DNA of 64,000 bases from Leptolyngbyaceae cyanobacterium (GCA_965263355.1 CBDHHL010000056.1:1248001-1312000), one strand, 5' to 3'; positions 1-10,015 are shown, counted from the first letter of the stretch. Numbers and translations are program-made. Notes: generated by a model from the sequence alone, not told the origin.

Positions 1-2
1 AG

Positions 3-371
3 AGTCCTCATCCAGAAATTGGTCAGCTTAGAACTGAACCTCCGCTCCCTGAATCAGATTCTCAGCCATCAGCGAAACAGAAGTACGTCGCCCTTTGGCA
101 GCGGTATAGTCAAGGGCTGACAGTTAGTGCTCCTGTAAATATAGATCTCCAGGTTGCACAGCGAGCTTTGAAGGATAGACAGGCTCGGAAGGATATTGCG
201 TTAATGCTCTCGGCGGGTAGTCCTATAGTGCGGCGAATTATTCAGGCTCAGGGTAAACAACCAGCGATGCTCTATGTGAATCAGATGGTTCGGAAAATTA
301 TTAGCCATCAGCCGACGCCAAAAACTCGGTTGCATCAACTGAGGCGTGGTCGGCAAATGGAGTTGAATTGA
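3..371 (+). CDS. 3' end of a plasmid-type (relaxase/mobilisation-associated) helical-repeat protein, 5'-truncated by window edge
   Basis: Frame is open from base 3 into the 168..371 ORF (…LWQRYSQG…IDLQVAQRALKD…KDIALMLSAGSP…). The motif resembles the units in 20711-21313. Family is recalled from cyanobacterial plasmid proteins. Confidence 0.4.
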   Translation, partial: SPHPEIGQLRTEPPLPESDSQPSAKQKYVALWQRYSQGLTVSAPVNIDLQVAQRALKDRQARKDIALMLSAGSPIVRRIIQAQGKQPAMLYVNQMVRKIISHQPTPKTRLHQLRRGRQMELN

Positions 372-1440
372 TGGGTAACTGGACAGTAAAGGTACTCCCC
401 TGGCCAGGTTGAGAAGTAACTGAAATGCTGCCGTTGTGAGCTTCAACAATCTGACGACTTAGGTGTAGTCCTAGCCCACTACCGGCACGGTTGTGACTAC
501 CTTGATGAAAGCTATGAAACAAATCAGTTTGTTCTGTTAAGTTCATACCGATACCTGTATCGGAAACACTGGTAATAACAGTGTTTTCTTGCTCTCCACA
601 TTTCAGTTCGAGAGTAACTTTTCCTGTGTCTGTGAATTTGATGGCATTACTAATCAAATTTGAAAAGACTCGACGGAGTTCTAAACGGGAGCCTGATATA
701 TGAATGTCGTCAAGTTCTATTATGAATACCAGGTTTTTCTCATCTGCCAATGGTTTGAGGTCTTGCATTGCTTCAACAATGATTTCTTTAAGACTGATAT
801 CGGTGAAGTTAAGCTGTTTGCGTCCTGCTTCGTAACGATAGACCTCCAGCAATGTGTTAGCAAGTTGAATAAGATGGTCGTTATTAATCCAGAGAAGTTG
901 GATAGCTTCTTGCGCTTCGGAAGGAAGTACACCAAAGCCTTCTTGTTTTAGAAGCTCCAGCATTCTTTCTGCTGCAACCAACGGTGTTCTGAGATCATGA
1001 GTTAGACGAGAGACAAAGTCTTCTCGTTGTCGGACCATATGAGCTTGGGCATCAATACTATGTTTGAGACGCAGTAAGCACCTCACTCGGGCAAGCAGCT
1101 CATCAATTTCTACTGGTTTTCGGATAAAGTCATCGGCTCCGGCATCCAAACCTTCAACTACATCAGATTGTTGCTGTGCTGTAATGAGAAGTATGGGGAT
1201 ATAGTTTGAGCCTTGTTTTTTTCGAATTTGATGAGTCAGTTCTACACCATCCATGACTGGCATCATGACATCTGAGATAACAAGATGGGGAGGTGATTGC
1301 ATTAATTTTTCTAGAGCAGCTTGACCATTACTCGCTGTTTCAATCTGATACTGCTTTAACTCTAAAACGGCCTCGATAAACTGCAAGTTCTCTGCAGAAT
1401 CATCAACAACTAAAATACGATCACACTCCGACTCAATCAT
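301..1440 (-). CDS. Hybrid sensor histidine kinase/response regulator (REC-HisKA-HATPase_c)
   Basis: Receiver ILVVDD…SDVMMP…KP; H-box THDLRTPL; N-box NLISNAIKF; G-boxes DTGIG and GSGLGL. Confidence 0.92.
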   Translation of the reverse strand: MIESECDRILVVDDSAENLQFIEAVLELKQYQIETASNGQAALEKLMQSPPHLVISDVMMPVMDGVELTHQIRKKQGSNYIPILLITAQQQSDVVEGLDAGADDFIRKPVEIDELLARVRCLLRLKHSIDAQAHMVRQREDFVSRLTHDLRTPLVAAERMLELLKQEGFGVLPSEAQEAIQLLWINNDHLIQLANTLLEVYRYEAGRKQLNFTDISLKEIIVEAMQDLKPLADEKNLVFIIELDDIHISGSRLELRRVFSNLISNAIKFTDTGKVTLELKCGEQENTVITSVSDTGIGMNLTEQTDLFHSFHQGSHNRAGSGLGLHLSRQIVEAHNGSISVTSQPGQGSTFTVQLPINSTPFADHASVDATEFLASADG

Positions 1441-1444
1441 AAAT

Positions 1445-2194
1445 TTAATTGATACATATAGTTCTAGGCAATGTCAGTTGAACAAACCTCTCAGACTCAT
1501 CACCTTGAACTAAGATACTGCCTTCCAGGGTAGTTAGCAGGGCTCTGATTGCTGCTAGCTCTAGCGTAAAGCTATGGGAATCGTGTAATTGACTGTCTAT
1601 CTGAAGTGTTTGTAAAAGACACAAATGTTCAATTGGATAGGTTGCTGGTAGCAAGATGCATAGAGACCAGCTTTTTGAATGACCTACAACCCTTGCAGTG
1701 TAAGCGTTTGCTATTGAGACAGGCTGAGTAATCTGGTGCAATACTTTCGTTAGGAGCTGATACAAATGGTTGCGCTCACATATCACATCCGTCTGCTCCA
1801 TCTCCCAAGTCAGGTTAAAGACGACAGCTTGCTCCTCCAACATAGTCTGTACATTAGTCACAATGTCTGGAAGTAATTGCTTGAGAGCAATGTGTGAAAG
1901 AAAGAGTGGACTTTGGGTTGTTTCTAGCTGAGCTACCTGCAGACAGGTGTCGACACGATTCAATAAATATCTATTTTGCTCCAAAATATTTTCTACAAGC
2001 GCCATTTGTTTGGGCGATAGCGATCCAGAATATTGACGCTGTAATAGCTGAGATAGCTGAATAGCAATGCTTAATGGCTGTCTAAGTTCATCAGATAGTA
2101 TCGATAATAAGCCTGAAAGATCAGCCATGTGAAGCGCCTTCTGGCTAGAGGAGCTGTCTTTCTCTATGCTGGCAGTTGCGAAAACCGGTGCCAT
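1445..2194 (-). CDS. Degenerate histidine-kinase-like protein (pseudokinase)
   Basis: HisKA-like LSDELRQPL has Asp at the His position; ATPase region lacks recognisable N/G boxes; 4 bp upstream of the hybrid kinase. Confidence 0.65.
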   Translation of the reverse strand: MAPVFATASIEKDSSSSQKALHMADLSGLLSILSDELRQPLSIAIQLSQLLQRQYSGSLSPKQMALVENILEQNRYLLNRVDTCLQVAQLETTQSPLFLSHIALKQLLPDIVTNVQTMLEEQAVVFNLTWEMEQTDVICERNHLYQLLTKVLHQITQPVSIANAYTARVVGHSKSWSLCILLPATYPIEHLCLLQTLQIDSQLHDSHSFTLELAAIRALLTTLEGSILVQGDESERFVQLTLPRTICIN

Positions 2195-2251
2195 TGATTC
2201 TTCTCTCCTGCAGCTACTTCTAAAAGTCGTTAAATAACGTTAGAGCTTTCT

Positions 2252-2299
2252 TTAGACTATGGCCTAATATAAGCATCTGTGCATCGACCGTAAGGTCTA
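2252..2299. promoter_or_regulatory. Divergent version of the paired 7-2-7 boxes in the pseudokinase/NarL intergenic region
   Basis: TTAGACTATGGCCTAA (2252-2267) and TCGACCGTAAGGTCTA (2284-2299), 32 bp apart. Confidence 0.4.
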
Positions 2300-2341
2300 T
2301 TTCCTAGTGCCTAATCCAGGTTCAGCAAAAGGTTATCTGTT

Positions 2342-3049
2342 ATGCCGTCGATCCGTATTGCCATTATCGAAGACCATGACTTGACTCGTATTGGTTTACG
2401 GACAACGCTACAGCAGCAAGATGGTTTGGAAGTCTTGGGAGAAGCGGCAGATGCCTCAACAGGGTTGCAGCTTTTGAAGGAGCTAAAGCCGGATGTAGCT
2501 ATTGTGGATATTAATTTGCCAGATGCGGATGGGATTGCTGTGACTCAACAGTTGCGGACACTACAGGCAAAGGAGCCAGAGTTTACCACCCGAGTGCTGA
2601 TTTTGACGATGCATGAAAATCCAGAGCGGGTGCTGGCGGCGTTTGCAGCAGGGGCTGACTCCTACTGTGTCAAAACGATTAAGACACCCATGTTAGTGGA
2701 GGCGATTCAAACGACGTTTGAGGGGCATGGTTGGATTGACCCGACGATTGCTGACATCGTGCTGAGCCAGGTGCGGCAAGAAGGCTCTAATCTGGTGGCG
2801 ACGGATATCAGCATCCATGGGCTGACGGAAGATGAGGTGGCTTCTATCGGTGAGAATAAGCTGACCAAGCGTGAATTGGATGTACTAGAGCTGATTGTGG
2901 CCGGGTACAGCAATACTGAAATTGGGGAAAAGCTATTTTTAAACTTGGGGACGGTCAAAACCCATGTGCGTAATATTTTGAGTAAACTCGCAGCTAGCGA
3001 TCGCACCCAGGCTGCTGTTAAAGCATTGCGTTCAGGCTTAGTTAAATAA
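2342..3049 (+). CDS. NarL/FixJ-family response regulator (REC + LuxR HTH), OrrA-like
   Basis: IIEDHDLTRIGL…VDINLP receiver; LTKRELDVLELIVAGYSNTEIGEKLFLNLGTVKTHVRNIL LuxR HTH. OrrA likeness is from memory. Confidence 0.9.
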   Translation: MPSIRIAIIEDHDLTRIGLRTTLQQQDGLEVLGEAADASTGLQLLKELKPDVAIVDINLPDADGIAVTQQLRTLQAKEPEFTTRVLILTMHENPERVLAAFAAGADSYCVKTIKTPMLVEAIQTTFEGHGWIDPTIADIVLSQVRQEGSNLVATDISIHGLTEDEVASIGENKLTKRELDVLELIVAGYSNTEIGEKLFLNLGTVKTHVRNILSKLAASDRTQAAVKALRSGLVK

Positions 3050-3060
3050 GGGATAGTTGT

Positions 3061-4542
3061 TCAAGTGTCAGGTTCTTCAGCCACTAGCCCTTGACTGCCA
3101 AGAATACTTTGTAAGCCTTCCATCGGGTCACTGACCTGCAGGCCATAGCAAGTGATCTTAAACTCACGCATGGTCTTCTCAAAATCGCTGAGCCGCTTTT
3201 TAACCACACTGATGGACTTGCGCAGTTCAATTTGTCCATCAGTGTGGCGCTCCATATATCGCATCAGAATCAAATTATCAGCCAGGTAGGTAAACCCAGC
3301 GGATGTAGCCCGTGTATCCCCTGCCAATGTCTCAGTTTCGTTAATTAACAACACCGTAACGCCCATGTTGATCAAATATTTACAGAGAGCATGGAGTTGA
3401 GCGATTAAGTTTTCATCGGCCATTGAAACACTGTAGCCAGATACGCTATCAATCATGACAATGTGAACATCTCGTTCCTCAACTTCGTTACGGACAATAT
3501 TGGAAAATTCATCAGGCGTATACTGGAGTGGCTCAATTTTGGAGATGACCAAGGTTGCCTGGTCAATCATGGCTTGAGCCGGAATATTGATAGCGTTGCA
3601 GCGTTTCAAAATACTGGAAACTTCTTCCTCAAAGGTATAGACTACCGAGCGCTCCCCTCGTCCTGCTGCTTCTTTCATAAACTGGAGACCAATGGTGGTC
3701 TTTCCCACACCGCTGGGGCCACTAAATACCGAGACCGTTCCTCGCTCAATGCCTCCATGCAAGAGTTCATCCAATGCCGGGATACCTGAGGATATAGGCT
3801 GCTGATCAAACTCACGCTTGTGTAAACGGGGCAATAATCTGGGAAAGACCTGAATACCTTGATTGCTCAGACGGATAGAATGACTGCCATCTCGAAAATC
3901 TGAGGTGCGAAACTTAGTCACCCGCAATGACCGTCGATCATCATTTAATACCAGGGTAATGACGCCATCGCTAAGAAACTGCAAGTCATTGTCTGGCAGT
4001 TCAGCGCTATGTTCTGACGTAAACAAAACTGTAGATCCCTGATCCAGAAGAAACCGAGTCAGCGATAGAACCTGTTTACGAAACTGAAACAGATCCGCAG
4101 TCAAGTAGCGAAATTGGGTCATGGAGTCAATAAAGATTCGGTGTGGATGCAGTGACTCCACAGTTTCCATAATCGCTTTAGAGATGGGTTCCCGTTCTAC
4201 CTCTGAAGCTGAAAAAATGTCATAGGACTGAGTCTCGGTAAAAAACTTAGCATCCGGACTGAGATCGAGCACTTCAACATCGTTGAGATTAAGACCAATG
4301 TGTTCTCCACTGGCAAGGATTTGCTCCCCCGGTTCGCTGAGGGTAATCAGCAACGTTTTTTCCCCAGCCCGTACACCTGCTGCCAGGAAATGGATGCCCA
4401 ATGTGGTTTTGCCAGTGCCTGGGCCGCCTCTCACCAAATAGGCACGCTTTTGAATTAAGCCGCCCTGGAGGATTTCATCCAAACCAGGTATACCAGTTGA
4501 TAACCTGGGAGTATCAAGGTTGCCAGAGGGAGTATCCACCAT
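3061..4542 (-). CDS. KaiC-like double RecA-domain ATPase (non-clock type)
   Basis: Two P-loops GGPGTGKT and GPSGVGKT; STGIPGLD/SSGIPALD starts; TFEE and KKR in the second domain; start taken at ATG 4542 (ORF extends to 4569). Confidence 0.88.
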   Translation of the reverse strand: MVDTPSGNLDTPRLSTGIPGLDEILQGGLIQKRAYLVRGGPGTGKTTLGIHFLAAGVRAGEKTLLITLSEPGEQILASGEHIGLNLNDVEVLDLSPDAKFFTETQSYDIFSASEVEREPISKAIMETVESLHPHRIFIDSMTQFRYLTADLFQFRKQVLSLTRFLLDQGSTVLFTSEHSAELPDNDLQFLSDGVITLVLNDDRRSLRVTKFRTSDFRDGSHSIRLSNQGIQVFPRLLPRLHKREFDQQPISSGIPALDELLHGGIERGTVSVFSGPSGVGKTTIGLQFMKEAAGRGERSVVYTFEEEVSSILKRCNAINIPAQAMIDQATLVISKIEPLQYTPDEFSNIVRNEVEERDVHIVMIDSVSGYSVSMADENLIAQLHALCKYLINMGVTVLLINETETLAGDTRATSAGFTYLADNLILMRYMERHTDGQIELRKSISVVKKRLSDFEKTMREFKITCYGLQVSDPMEGLQSILGSQGLVAEEPDT

Positions 4543-4608
4543 AGCACTACGGTTACAGCGTAAGGTCATCTATAACTATAGTTATCTATTGACCCAGTCG
4601 AATCATCT

Positions 4609-5733
4609 ATGCACAGGATATTGCTGTTAATTCAGCATCATAAAAATTATCAGCTTCTATCCGATTTCTTGGCTAAAGATTATGACGTTTTGCCTGCGGA
4701 GCCTCTAACGGATAGTGACAAACCTGCTCTGAATGGTCGTGATTTTGATCTGTGTCTGGTGGATGGCACCACATTAAATCAGGTATTGCCATGGTTGACA
4801 AAGACTCGTGCGGAGGTTGCTCCCCTTTGGTTACCCGTACTTTTAGTGCTGCCAAAGGGAAAAGCGGACCAGGTAAGTCATCAATGCTGGCAGAGCGTAG
4901 ATGAAATCATTGCCACACCGATTGAAAAGGTAGAACTGATGACTCGCATAGGCATGTTGTTAAAGGTCCATCAGCTATCACAAGACTTACTAGAAGCGAA
5001 TCAGGTTCTGCAGCAGCGGAATGAACAGCTACAGGAACTCAACCGACTAAAGTCTCAGTTTGTATCCATGGTTTCCCATGAGTTTCAGAATCCATTAGGG
5101 ACGGTTTCCGGTTTTTTACAGCTATTATCTCGGCAAGGGGACGAATTAGCTTTACCTAAGCGGCAGGAGTACCTTGCAAAAGCCCAGGCTACTCTCAAGC
5201 ACCTCAAGGCACTGGTCAACGACGTGTTGATTATTGGTCGGGTCGGTGTCGGCAAACTAAAATTTGAGCCAGCTACTACACATCTGATCGAGCTTTGTCA
5301 GACTCTGATGGAAGAAGTGCGATTTAATATGGCACAGTCTCGAACTATAGAATTTTCGGTTGTACCTGGATTTGAGAAAACGTTATCTGCAATAATGGTA
5401 GATAAAAACCTCTTAAGACAAATTGTGACGAATTTATTGACTAATGCTCTCAAATACTCTCCACAAGATTGCCCAGTAAGGTTTTCTTTAGGGTGTCAGG
5501 AAGGGACAATTAGTTTACGCATTCAAGATCATGGGATTGGTATTCCTGAAGAGGAACAGAAACGGCTGTTTGAGCCATTCTATCGAGCGTCTAACGTTAG
5601 TTCACAGCCAGGGACAGGATTAGGCCTGGCGATTACCCAGCAATGTGTGGAACTACATGGGGGAGTGATTACATTCACGAGTGATCTACAAGCAGGAACA
5701 ACATTTGAAGTCCGTTTGCCGCTCCTAACTTAG
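4609..5733 (+). CDS. Hybrid histidine kinase with atypical N-terminal receiver
   Basis: SHEFQNPL, NLLTNALKYS, DHGIG, GTGLGL; receiver lacks the acidic pair (LLLIQHH); divergent from the KaiC-like gene. Confidence 0.88.
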   Translation: MHRILLLIQHHKNYQLLSDFLAKDYDVLPAEPLTDSDKPALNGRDFDLCLVDGTTLNQVLPWLTKTRAEVAPLWLPVLLVLPKGKADQVSHQCWQSVDEIIATPIEKVELMTRIGMLLKVHQLSQDLLEANQVLQQRNEQLQELNRLKSQFVSMVSHEFQNPLGTVSGFLQLLSRQGDELALPKRQEYLAKAQATLKHLKALVNDVLIIGRVGVGKLKFEPATTHLIELCQTLMEEVRFNMAQSRTIEFSVVPGFEKTLSAIMVDKNLLRQIVTNLLTNALKYSPQDCPVRFSLGCQEGTISLRIQDHGIGIPEEEQKRLFEPFYRASNVSSQPGTGLGLAITQQCVELHGGVITFTSDLQAGTTFEVRLPLLT

Positions 5734-6225
5734 GAATGCCATATGGTCAAATAGATTGCCATTAATTCTTGATGACTCATATTTTGCCAGGGTGATGATG
5801 GTTGTGTCCTTCTCTTGGCGGAAAACATATTGATTTTTTTCTTCGGTGCAAGACCTTTGCCTAAGGTTAAGATGTTTAGGGATTTACTATTGCTCAAAAA
5901 AGAGTTTTGGCGACATAGTTTCCCGCGTTTTCGAGATAGAGACTTCCGATGTGTTTGCATAGTTTCAACAGGCTTATGACTCCGAGGGAAAATGGTCTTA
6001 GCATTAGTTTTTAGAGTCAGATGGCGAGCAAAGAACATCTTTGGATAACCTCACTTATGAAGAAACTCCCGCTTCCAGATATAGAAGCGGGACATTGTAG
6101 GCAAATAACAATCTGTCTCTGAAGGCTAGCTTCAAGCATAAGTGTAGTAGAACATAAATGGATTGACTTAACCTGCCATAAAAACTGACCTAAAATGCCA
6201 ATAGTCTCTAATATGGCTACCGTCA

Positions 6226-7239
6226 TTGGAAAACATTTATTATTCTGTCTCAGTTAAACTGGTTCAAGGCATTTTAGCTGCAGCCGAGTTAATGGAATTG
6301 CCAGCGGAAGAACTGCTTGCTGCCATTGGGCTTTCTACAACATCAGTCACCAATACTGATGAACGATTACCCCATAGTCAGTTTGTTGCTCTCTGGCGTG
6401 AAATTGCCCATCGTAGCCAAGACCCGGCTATTGGTGTGCGGCTAGCTGAGTTAACTAAACTAGAAACCTTTAATGTGACTGGCTATGCCATGAGCCATAG
6501 CCCTACCCTGGGGAGTGCTTTACGACGATTAATACGCTACAGCAGATTACTCTATGAGGGCATGGCCTTTGGTCTTTCAGTCGAACCTGAGCTGGCTACA
6601 TTGAATTATCAAGTGGTTAATGCAGCCTTACCACTCCCAGCGGTAAGTGTTGGCTGGACCCTGGCTAATATCGTACTTTGGGCCAGACGTAGTCTAGGTT
6701 GCGACTTGCCATTGATACAAGTAACGTTTCAACAACCGCCTTTGGCTGATAGTGCTGCCTATCGACAATTTTTTCAAGCTGAGCTGGTATTTAACAACGA
6801 GGCCAATGCGATCTGTTTCCATCCGACTTGGCTGGATCAGCCCTTACCTAATGCCGATTCGGGTCTCTGTGACTTGCTTGAAGGCTATGCTGAATCCTTA
6901 TTACTAAAGCTGCCACAGCCTGAAAGCTTTGTGACTCAATTACAGAACCTGATAGCGAAGGAATTGAGGGGACGTGAGCCCAAGCTGGATGCGATCTCAA
7001 CTCGTATGGGCTATTCTCCCCGCACACTTCAGCGCAAACTACAACAGGCGGGCACGTCGTTCAATAAGGTATTAGACGATATCCGGCGAACCCTAGCCTT
7101 TCAGTATCTGAAGGAAACTGCCCTTACAGCTAGCGAAATTGCCTTTCTACTGGGCTTTTCAGACAACAGTGCCTTTAATCGAGCCTTTCGCCGTTGGACA
7201 GGGACAACACCTGGTGAATATCGCAGGAAATCTTCTTAA
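6226..7239 (+). CDS. AraC-family transcriptional regulator (OruR-like)
   Basis: C-terminal SPRTLQRKL…EIAFLLGFSDNSAFNRAFRRWTGTTPGEYR; start codon uncertain. Confidence 0.9.
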   Translation: MENIYYSVSVKLVQGILAAAELMELPAEELLAAIGLSTTSVTNTDERLPHSQFVALWREIAHRSQDPAIGVRLAELTKLETFNVTGYAMSHSPTLGSALRRLIRYSRLLYEGMAFGLSVEPELATLNYQVVNAALPLPAVSVGWTLANIVLWARRSLGCDLPLIQVTFQQPPLADSAAYRQFFQAELVFNNEANAICFHPTWLDQPLPNADSGLCDLLEGYAESLLLKLPQPESFVTQLQNLIAKELRGREPKLDAISTRMGYSPRTLQRKLQQAGTSFNKVLDDIRRTLAFQYLKETALTASEIAFLLGFSDNSAFNRAFRRWTGTTPGEYRRKSS

Positions 7240-7251
7240 AACAAAGGCATA

Positions 7252-7299
7252 TCATCCAAATGGATGATGTGGTTTCCTAAAAATCATCCTTGCGATAGA
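7252..7299 (+). promoter_or_regulatory. Paired 7-2-7 operator boxes
   Basis: TCATCCAAATGGATGA (7252-7267) and TCATCCTTGCGATAGA (7284-7299). Confidence 0.75.
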
Positions 7300-7474
7300 T
7301 AGCATCTGAGAGTTTTAAAGGGTTGAATAAAATTCTGTCGATAGAGATAGGAAAGTCTTTCACAGATTCAAAACAGGTTATTTAAAGCTGTGTTACCTAG
7401 ATCAGTATCTCTATTTGATTTGACTTGATTTCTGTAACTGTTGGCGATTTACATTTCTGTAAAGGAGAAATGCG

Positions 7475-7663
7475 ATGGTTAACGCTAATGTTGGCACCAC
7501 TCATGGTTTTTGGGTTCAGGCAGGGACTCGAAATCATAAAGAGTTTTTCGTTCCGGAAGCACTTTATCAACTGATAAGTGTTGAGGCGTCTGGCTGGGCT
7601 TGGATTTGTCAAGATAATTCTACTTGCCATTTTATAGACCCTGACAACTTACGACAGTTGTAG
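7475..7663 (+). CDS. Small hypothetical protein (62 aa)
   Basis: AAGGAG RBS upstream; lies downstream of paired boxes. Confidence 0.5.
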   Translation: MVNANVGTTHGFWVQAGTRNHKEFFVPEALYQLISVEASGWAWICQDNSTCHFIDPDNLRQL

Positions 7664-7796
7664 TGTTTCAAGAAAAAGTCATGTGCTATGAATCACTTTT
7701 CACTATTCGTAGCAGAACAATCTTTACGTAAAGATTGATATTTCCCGGGATATCCTTAAACCAAATCTCATTTTTTATTTCGATGTGGGGAGAAAG

Positions 7797-8000
7797 ATGA
7801 AACGCTCACTTGCCTTTTTAATATTATTGTTCACGATGTTGCTATTGCCATTAACTGCCTGCAATTCGTCAGGTCAAGATGATTTAGATAATACTGCAGA
7901 GACAGAAGAAGTGCTGCCAGATTCACCAGATGAGTCAGCTGTGGACGAGGAAGTGCCTGGTGAAATTCCTGGTACTCCAGAAGATTCTTCTGCTGAGTAG
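7797..8000 (+). CDS. Small acidic lipoprotein
   Basis: MKR + hydrophobic stretch + LTAC lipobox, then D/E/P-rich disordered tail. Confidence 0.7.
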   Translation: MKRSLAFLILLFTMLLLPLTACNSSGQDDLDNTAETEEVLPDSPDESAVDEEVPGEIPGTPEDSSAE

Positions 8001-8014
8001 TCTATCACTAGATA

Positions 8015-8057
8015 ATGAGAGACAATCAAAATATCAGTCATTTTGATTGTCTCTCAT
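8015..8057. terminator. Perfect 18-bp stem hairpin after lipoprotein gene
   Basis: ATGAGAGACAATCAAAAT-N7-ATTTTGATTGTCTCTCAT. Confidence 0.6.
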
Positions 8058-8284
8058 CATTAAAACTTATGGTGTTTCAGAAAAAAGTCAGCTATCAGCG
8101 TAAACGACGCAGGCTTCCATCTCGAAAGCGTCGTAAGTTTCGTCGATAAAAGTAACTGCAAGCATGGGTTTGATCAAATTGAGAAAGACTTTATATGGGA
8201 TGCATTCAACCATTGGTTTATCTCACAGACTTTGAATAAATCCTGTGTTTAAATCTCAATGCTTTTAGCTTTGGACATTTTTCT

Positions 8285-8569
8285 ATGCCGATTTACGTTG
8301 GCCATTTGAGCAATGAAGTCACACAGGATGACCTGATTCAACTTTTTGAGGAGTACGGCACAGTCAAAAGTGTTTATTTACCCACAAACAAAGAAACAGG
8401 CCAGCCACGTGGCTCTGCGTTTGTGGAGATGAAAACCGATACAGAAGAGGCCAAAGCTATAGAGGCTCTGAATGGTTCTAAGTTGATGGGACGAAATATT
8501 AAAGTTAGTAAGGCAAAGCCTCCTAAGCAAGAAGATTCCTCTGAAGGTGATCGGAAAAAGAATCAATGA
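8285..8569 (+). CDS. RRM RNA-binding protein (Rbp family)
   Basis: RNP2 IYVGHL, RNP1 RGSAFVEM. Confidence 0.9.
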   Translation: MPIYVGHLSNEVTQDDLIQLFEEYGTVKSVYLPTNKETGQPRGSAFVEMKTDTEEAKAIEALNGSKLMGRNIKVSKAKPPKQEDSSEGDRKKNQ

Positions 8570-8613
8570 GTTTTGTGTCCCCTTCAGACTTTAGTTTCTC
8601 TGACAATTAATAA

Positions 8614-9444
8614 ATGTTTCCTATGAAGTATATTCAACCATCAGTTGATTGCTCTAGATTCTTTTATGTAATTTCCCATGAGCGATCTGGCACTCATTTT
8701 TTGATTAACAGTATTCGAATGAATAGTGCTATTGATCTGGATTATCTATCTGTTGGCGAATGGTTTGGTCCTTATGATCAGCCTCAGACTCAATTTGAGC
8801 ATATTGATAGATGTTTTGATTCGCTTAGCTCTGAACGCCACTATATTTTGAAAAGTCATTGCGATCGCGCCCTATTCGAGCAACGCTACCCACAAAGCAA
8901 AGTCGTTTATATTATGAGAGACTATCGAGATGTTCTAGTCTCTTATTATCATTTTCTAGATGCCCATCTAGACCGGGCTCGAAAACATAATCCGGAAATT
9001 TCTCAGCTGTGGTTTACAACATTTTCCGAGTTTATACGATGTCCAATACCTGATTTCTTAAGGTTTAACTATTCCCTTTATGGAAATTTCTCATCTCCAA
9101 TAGAACGATGGCTAAATCATGTGCTGCACTGGCTCAGAAATCCGAATGATCTGATCAAAATCGTTACCTACAGACAGCTCTACTTATATGCCCAAGAAAC
9201 CATCCAGGAAATATTAGGTTTTCTAGAGTTACCCAGTCGAAAGGTCTTCACTCGTCCAACATTTGACAATGCCTACTCCGTTATGCCTAGAAAAGGAATC
9301 ATTGGAGACTGGAAAAACCACTTTACTATTGAAGATGCAGATTTCTTAAACGCGTTTATTCTAGAATACTGTCCTTTAATTGACCAATATTCTCAAGATG
9401 TTAGCACGATAGCCCGTGAGGCAAGCCTTAAAGTAGCTGCATAA
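8614..9444 (+). CDS. Sulfotransferase domain protein
   Basis: 5'-PSB SHERSGTHFL, KSH, 3'-PB RDYRDVLVSYY, RKGIIGDWKNHFT. Confidence 0.88.
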   Translation: MFPMKYIQPSVDCSRFFYVISHERSGTHFLINSIRMNSAIDLDYLSVGEWFGPYDQPQTQFEHIDRCFDSLSSERHYILKSHCDRALFEQRYPQSKVVYIMRDYRDVLVSYYHFLDAHLDRARKHNPEISQLWFTTFSEFIRCPIPDFLRFNYSLYGNFSSPIERWLNHVLHWLRNPNDLIKIVTYRQLYLYAQETIQEILGFLELPSRKVFTRPTFDNAYSVMPRKGIIGDWKNHFTIEDADFLNAFILEYCPLIDQYSQDVSTIAREASLKVAA

Positions 9445-9513
9445 AAAGTTAATAGCACTGTCTCATCTTAGAAGAATATTGGTAATACTTAAGCCCCTTA
9501 CGTAACAGCCATA

Positions 9514-9563
9514 TCATCCAAACGGATGATATGGAATACTTCAAAATTCAACCTTGCGATGGA
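9514..9563 (+). promoter_or_regulatory. Paired 7-2-7 operator boxes
   Basis: TCATCCAAACGGATGA (9514-9529, symmetry extends 9509-9534) and TCAACCTTGCGATGGA (9548-9563). Confidence 0.75.
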
Positions 9564-9715
9564 TGATTTTCCCTAGTCGTAGGTGCTTAAATAGGCATCT
9601 CCCAATATAAAAAGGAAAGCACTTTAGTCTAGGGAAGAGCCTACCAATCTATCTCAATACTTTGGATGCGTTCCTAAATCTAACTCTCTATACGCCTAGC
9701 TTTGGAGACCTCTTC

Positions 9716-10015
9716 ATGTCGGTTTATGTTGGCAATTTATCTTATGACCTTACAAAGGATGATCTGACGCAACTTTTTGCAGAATACGGTACCGTTAAAA
9801 GCGTTCACATACCTAAAGATAGAAAAACTGGTCAGCAGCGAGGTTTTGCTTTCGTTGAGATGGCAACTAATGAGGAAGAGGCTACAGCTATAGAGACTTT
9901 GAATAAGTCCGAGTTTATGGGACAAAAGATAAAAGTCAACTCTGCTAAGCCTCGTAAGCAAGGAACTAGTTCGAAAAAGAAGAAGGACGTTTCTGACAGC
10001 AATCAAGGTTGTTGA
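9716..10015 (+). CDS. RRM RNA-binding protein (Rbp family)
   Basis: MSVYVGNLSY, RGFAFVEM; TTTGGAGA leader typical of cyanobacterial rbp genes. Confidence 0.92.
   Translation: MSVYVGNLSYDLTKDDLTQLFAEYGTVKSVHIPKDRKTGQQRGFAFVEMATNEEEATAIETLNKSEFMGQKIKVNSAKPRKQGTSSKKKKDVSDSNQGC

Noticed and set aside
3061..4542. Bona fide circadian kaiC
   Set aside because: No S-T phosphosite pair, no kaiA/kaiB neighbours; symbol withheld
5730..6226. ORFs 5730..6038 and 6017..6226 on the minus strand
   Set aside because: No recognisable motifs; probably spurious or too decayed to call
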